From Tubiluchus corallicola (taxonomy: Eukaryota; Animalia; Priapulida): a stretch of DNA of 64,000 nt. Every line of letters starts with the position of its first letter. Positions within the stretch are counted from its first letter, which is position 1. The position numbers were made by a program, and so were the translations under genes. The notes under the pieces were generated by a model. The model was not told the DNA's origin and did not search any database. It saw only the letters and a program-made list of their open reading frames with translations. The stretch covers positions 1-64,000 of the forward strand of contig JAQGDQ010000445.1 of assembly GCA_030141605.1 (NCBI GenBank). Reading direction: 5' to 3'. Shown here one piece after another: positions 61,155 through 64,000 of this stretch.

Positions 61155-62559
61155 GCTATACTAATATTTCTATCAGGCTTCTCTATATCCACGTCATAAA
61201 GGAGCAAGCCAAAAAGAAAACTGTATATAGCTGCTACATTGTTGTTCTTACACTGCTACAGTCTACATTGACCACTATAATTTCTCTACATTTTATTACT
61301 TGCCTGACCCAGCCATTGACTCTGACTAGTGTGCTCGTGTTTACTGAACATAGATCTTCTTCATTCACTGTGTGATTTCCAAGCTCATTTTAGCTACGGC
61401 ACATTTCAACAGATATTCCATTGTATCACACTCCTTCACACATAGTGGACATCATCCTTACAATGTATTTTTATATTTACAATTTAATTTAATCATGTCT
61501 CATTTCGGTTCAGCAATTTCATACACAGTTTTTTCATCACACTCCATCATATAATTTGTTGCCTGTTTCCAATTTTCCACACTATATTTCATAAATCTCT
61601 GTTTTGTCATATCATCACACTTTTTCACAGCCTCTACTTTTACCACTTTGTAGCTGCTTTTTTAATTTTTTTTACATTGTGACTTCAATAAGCTTTTCAT
61701 CTTTTCAACATTTATATCTCATAATCATAATCATTTGCAATTTTTTGAATTTCTGTCCCCTATCTTCTGGGAATGTCTTTGTCACATACACACAACAGCA
61801 CCTTTTTAGCATTACTTTTACTCTCAGATGCTATCACACTTTGGTAGCAAATAATTTTTTATAATGTATTATTTTGTCTCAATGACCACATTCTGTAGGT
61901 CATCATTGGGCCCCAATAAATCGTAGATGGTTTTTTGCTTCATCATACATGTTAGGGCGTCTTTTTGCCAATTTTCTGTTTCTTCATAGTTTGTTTCTGC
62001 TAATTTACCCCCACCTCAATATTGAAAATCAAGCTATTGATTATCGTTGTCTTGTACACTAATCGTCCTATTTTTATAATTTCAATTCTTACAGCTTCAG
62101 AACTACTCCATTTCATAAAGATCACATATTGTATTATAATTTTTATGTTCCACTTTCTTACTTCGCAGAAGATCATACTGATTGTATACTGCGCGTGCTA
62201 GGCAAAATGTACACTCGAAACGGGGACGCATTTTCTTGTAAACCGCTTAATTAACATAATATATACGATCACTAATCGAGAATAGTGGCGTGAGGTCAGT
62301 AAGATAAACCAGGTTGCCGTTGGTTTATGGTTAGTTGTGGTTTCGTGTGGTAAGGTTTATTTTCCATCTTGCCAAAGGCTAATAAGTAAGCCCATGGACC
62401 CTCACAACGAGGAACTACGTTCTTCAATGCTAGAGGAAAAGTTTAATGGCACTCAAAGTGATACTTCGGCCGAAAAAGTGAGCAAGCGTTTTGGTCCACA
62501 TCATGCTGGGGCTAAAGAGCTTAAAGAAAAGTACACGAAAGGTAGGTACGCGACCTTGC

Positions 62560-63030
62560 ACTTAACTCTGTGTCAGTTAGAATAAAGACGGGTGTGAATG
62601 GTTGCCAATAGGTTAACTATTTATTAATACAGCAACATATCTGATATAGTGGCTTCGTTGAAATAGCTGAGAAAACTTGTATTAGAGATTTGGGAGTAAT
62701 GATTTCTCATGAATTTAAATGGAATTCAAATGTTAATCATATCATTGCAAAAGCAAAGCGTGGTATTGGCATGATTACCCGCTATTATTATATCAAGAAA
62801 TACAGCTGCAATTATTTATCTCTATAAAGCTGTTGTTGGACCCATTCTGGAATATGCGTTAGTTGTATGGTCCCTCAGTATGCTACTCTCAAGCATGCTC
62901 TTGAAAGAACTCAGGATAGATGTACTCGTCTTGATATTTACTTGGATCCCACTTCGATTTTTACCCTCGAGCAAAGGCGCGAGACTGTACACCTCGGAAA
63001 CTACTCAATCATTAGTGGAAACACTGTTCT
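62560..63030 (+). mobile_element. Decayed LINE (CR1/Jockey-like) reverse transcriptase C-terminus
   Basis: Frameshifted reading gives RDLGVMIS..KWNSNVNHIIAKAKR..LYKAVVGPILEYA.VVW.PQY..ALERTQDRCTRL..TLEQRR. Confidence 0.75.
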
Positions 63031-64000
63031 GACAGAGACAGACTTTTTTCCAGGCGTCACAAAGTTCTTCATTGTCATGAGTCTAAGCTGTGTAACCAGC
63101 TGGAACCAACATCAGATCACACTTCTTTGGGCATCATGTAGTTCAGCCATGGAATCGTCCTTCATCATCAGCCATCAGTTCTTCACCAGCTGACAGTTTC
63201 AAAAGACATTTGAGAGAGGAGGACCATTTATACAGATAGTTATCATCTAGGTCCTTATTTCATCCAATAAGGTATATTTTTCTGGATGTAATATTTTATG
63301 AAAAGAGAACAGATAAATTGGCAAGGTGATATGATTGAGGAAGAGAAGATTAACTGGCTGTTATTTGGAGACGGTGTTGGTAGCACTAAAAACTTTCTGT
63401 GTGAGACAATGAAAAAGAGAATATGCTAAAAACGATGTACAACTACTGCATTACATGATTGATATTATAGCCGAATGATGGGAATCTACCATGAGGCAAA
63501 GGGGTCAGACGCATTGAACTTGAACTCTGACTTGAATCTTGATGAATGAACTGCTTCGATGTAATGAGGCTTCTTTTGCTTTATGATTGCTTAAATATTG
63601 CTGATTTTTACTGTTCACCTCATTAAAATAGAGGAGGTATTCACAACCAAACGTGGCTAAGACATCTCTGTTGGATTAGTCGCTGATTAAGATGCATAAT
63701 CTTGATGATGAGTGGAGAGATACTGGCCTTGTTGTGAGCATTAAGTAGGCATTGTCGTTGATGCTGGTTTCTTGCTTGCAATGTGCCAAACAGGCATTTC
63801 ACCTTTCCTGATTCTAAGTTTCTTATAATTTTCAGTTTGACGTGAGAATCTCGTTTTTAGGTAACCCATTCTGAATGAATGAAATTAAAATAATCCTGTA
63901 GATATCCAGAAAACCTAGTCTGGAAACTATAGGTAAACGTGGATCAGTTCACATAAGTGGTTCCGCAATCGGTATGTTCGTGTGACAACAGGAAAATATA

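Noticed and set aside
63060-64000. Possible coding remnants on the minus strand
   Set aside because: Frequent stops in the frames I checked and no motif I could recognise; left unannotated.

Overview
AT-rich, intron-containing animal genomic DNA, probably from a protostome invertebrate (inferred from an ionotropic-receptor remnant). Four host genes can be reconstructed by hand with frame-consistent splice sites. (1) An 8-coding-exon ZDHHC14/18/9 (approximated-like) palmitoyltransferase (+, 8438-17949), which contains a U12-type AT-AC intron and hosts an antisense, decayed ionotropic-receptor (IR) pseudogene in intron 6. (2) A single-coding-exon CIZ1/matrin-type zinc-finger gene with a prion-like N-terminus (-, 20049-22847). 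(3) Dachsous (+, 33840-47470; 5 coding exons, about 3262 aa). (4) Nup160 (-, 53454-60588; only 2 coding exons, about 1422 aa). The rest is repeat-rich: a 2-kb foldback, 28-bp and 66-bp satellites, two related TTAA-flanked Kolobok-like MITE families, hAT, Tc1/mariner and piggyBac-like MITEs, several LINE remnants and an orphan SDR exon. I found no prokaryotic system, CRISPR array or RNA gene. All homology calls come from motif recognition by eye, not database searches.
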